From positions 1 to 29,131 of the forward strand of contig JBFRWI010000059.1 in assembly GCA_051439505.1 (NCBI GenBank): a stretch of 29,131 nucleotides of DNA, read 5' to 3'. Positions 28,967 to 29,131 of the stretch are shown in pieces. Made by a program: the position numbers and the translations under genes. The notes under the pieces are model-generated. The model was given only the letters and a program-made list of their open reading frames with translations, had not been told where the DNA came from and ran no database searches. Each line of letters opens with the position of its first letter. Position 1 is the stretch's first letter. This stretch comes from Hormoscilla sp. GTDB lineage: Bacteria; Cyanobacteriota; Cyanobacteriia; Cyanobacteriales; Desertifilaceae.

Positions 28967-29131
28967 GATGGGGAGCATCTCAGATTTGCAAATTGACAAA
29001 AAATCGGCGTTGCACATTGAGGGGATGATAGCAGCCAATTTTTCAACTTTGCTAATGGCTAATTGCTAATTGAAAAGAGTAAAGCTATCTATTCATGACT
29101 ATAAATGACGCTCTCAATTAACCATTGACAA

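Overview
Chromosomal window from a cyanobacterium, probably filamentous. The evidence is dense HIP1 (GCGATCGC), psb27, ftrV and heptamer tandem repeats. The core genes are GldG-like and DUF4340 ABC accessory genes, two tandem Hanks-type Ser/Thr kinases, glgP, a pstS-pstS-pstC-pstA-pstB cluster with a clear Pho box before each pstS, psb27, purA-rplY-pfkB, a YdcF/DUF218 gene, ftrV, a PP2C phosphatase, nfeD-SPFH, zur and purS-purQ. Small AT-rich accessory inserts lie between them. These are a small-protein/retropepsin pair, an antitoxin-like gene followed by a PIN toxin stub cut off at a HIP1 cluster, an orphan 129-aa gene, a sulfotransferase-like pseudogene, and a self-contained coupled two-gene cassette (22440-23245) whose second protein has ADP-ribosyltransferase-like motifs. 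That cassette is the best candidate for an undescribed toxin-antitoxin or defence system. Three inserts are tightly bracketed by HIP1 sites. Intergenic DNA carries several GTAG-footed REP-like palindrome families. No rRNA, tRNA, CRISPR array or intact transposase was seen. All family assignments come from motif recognition, not database searches.
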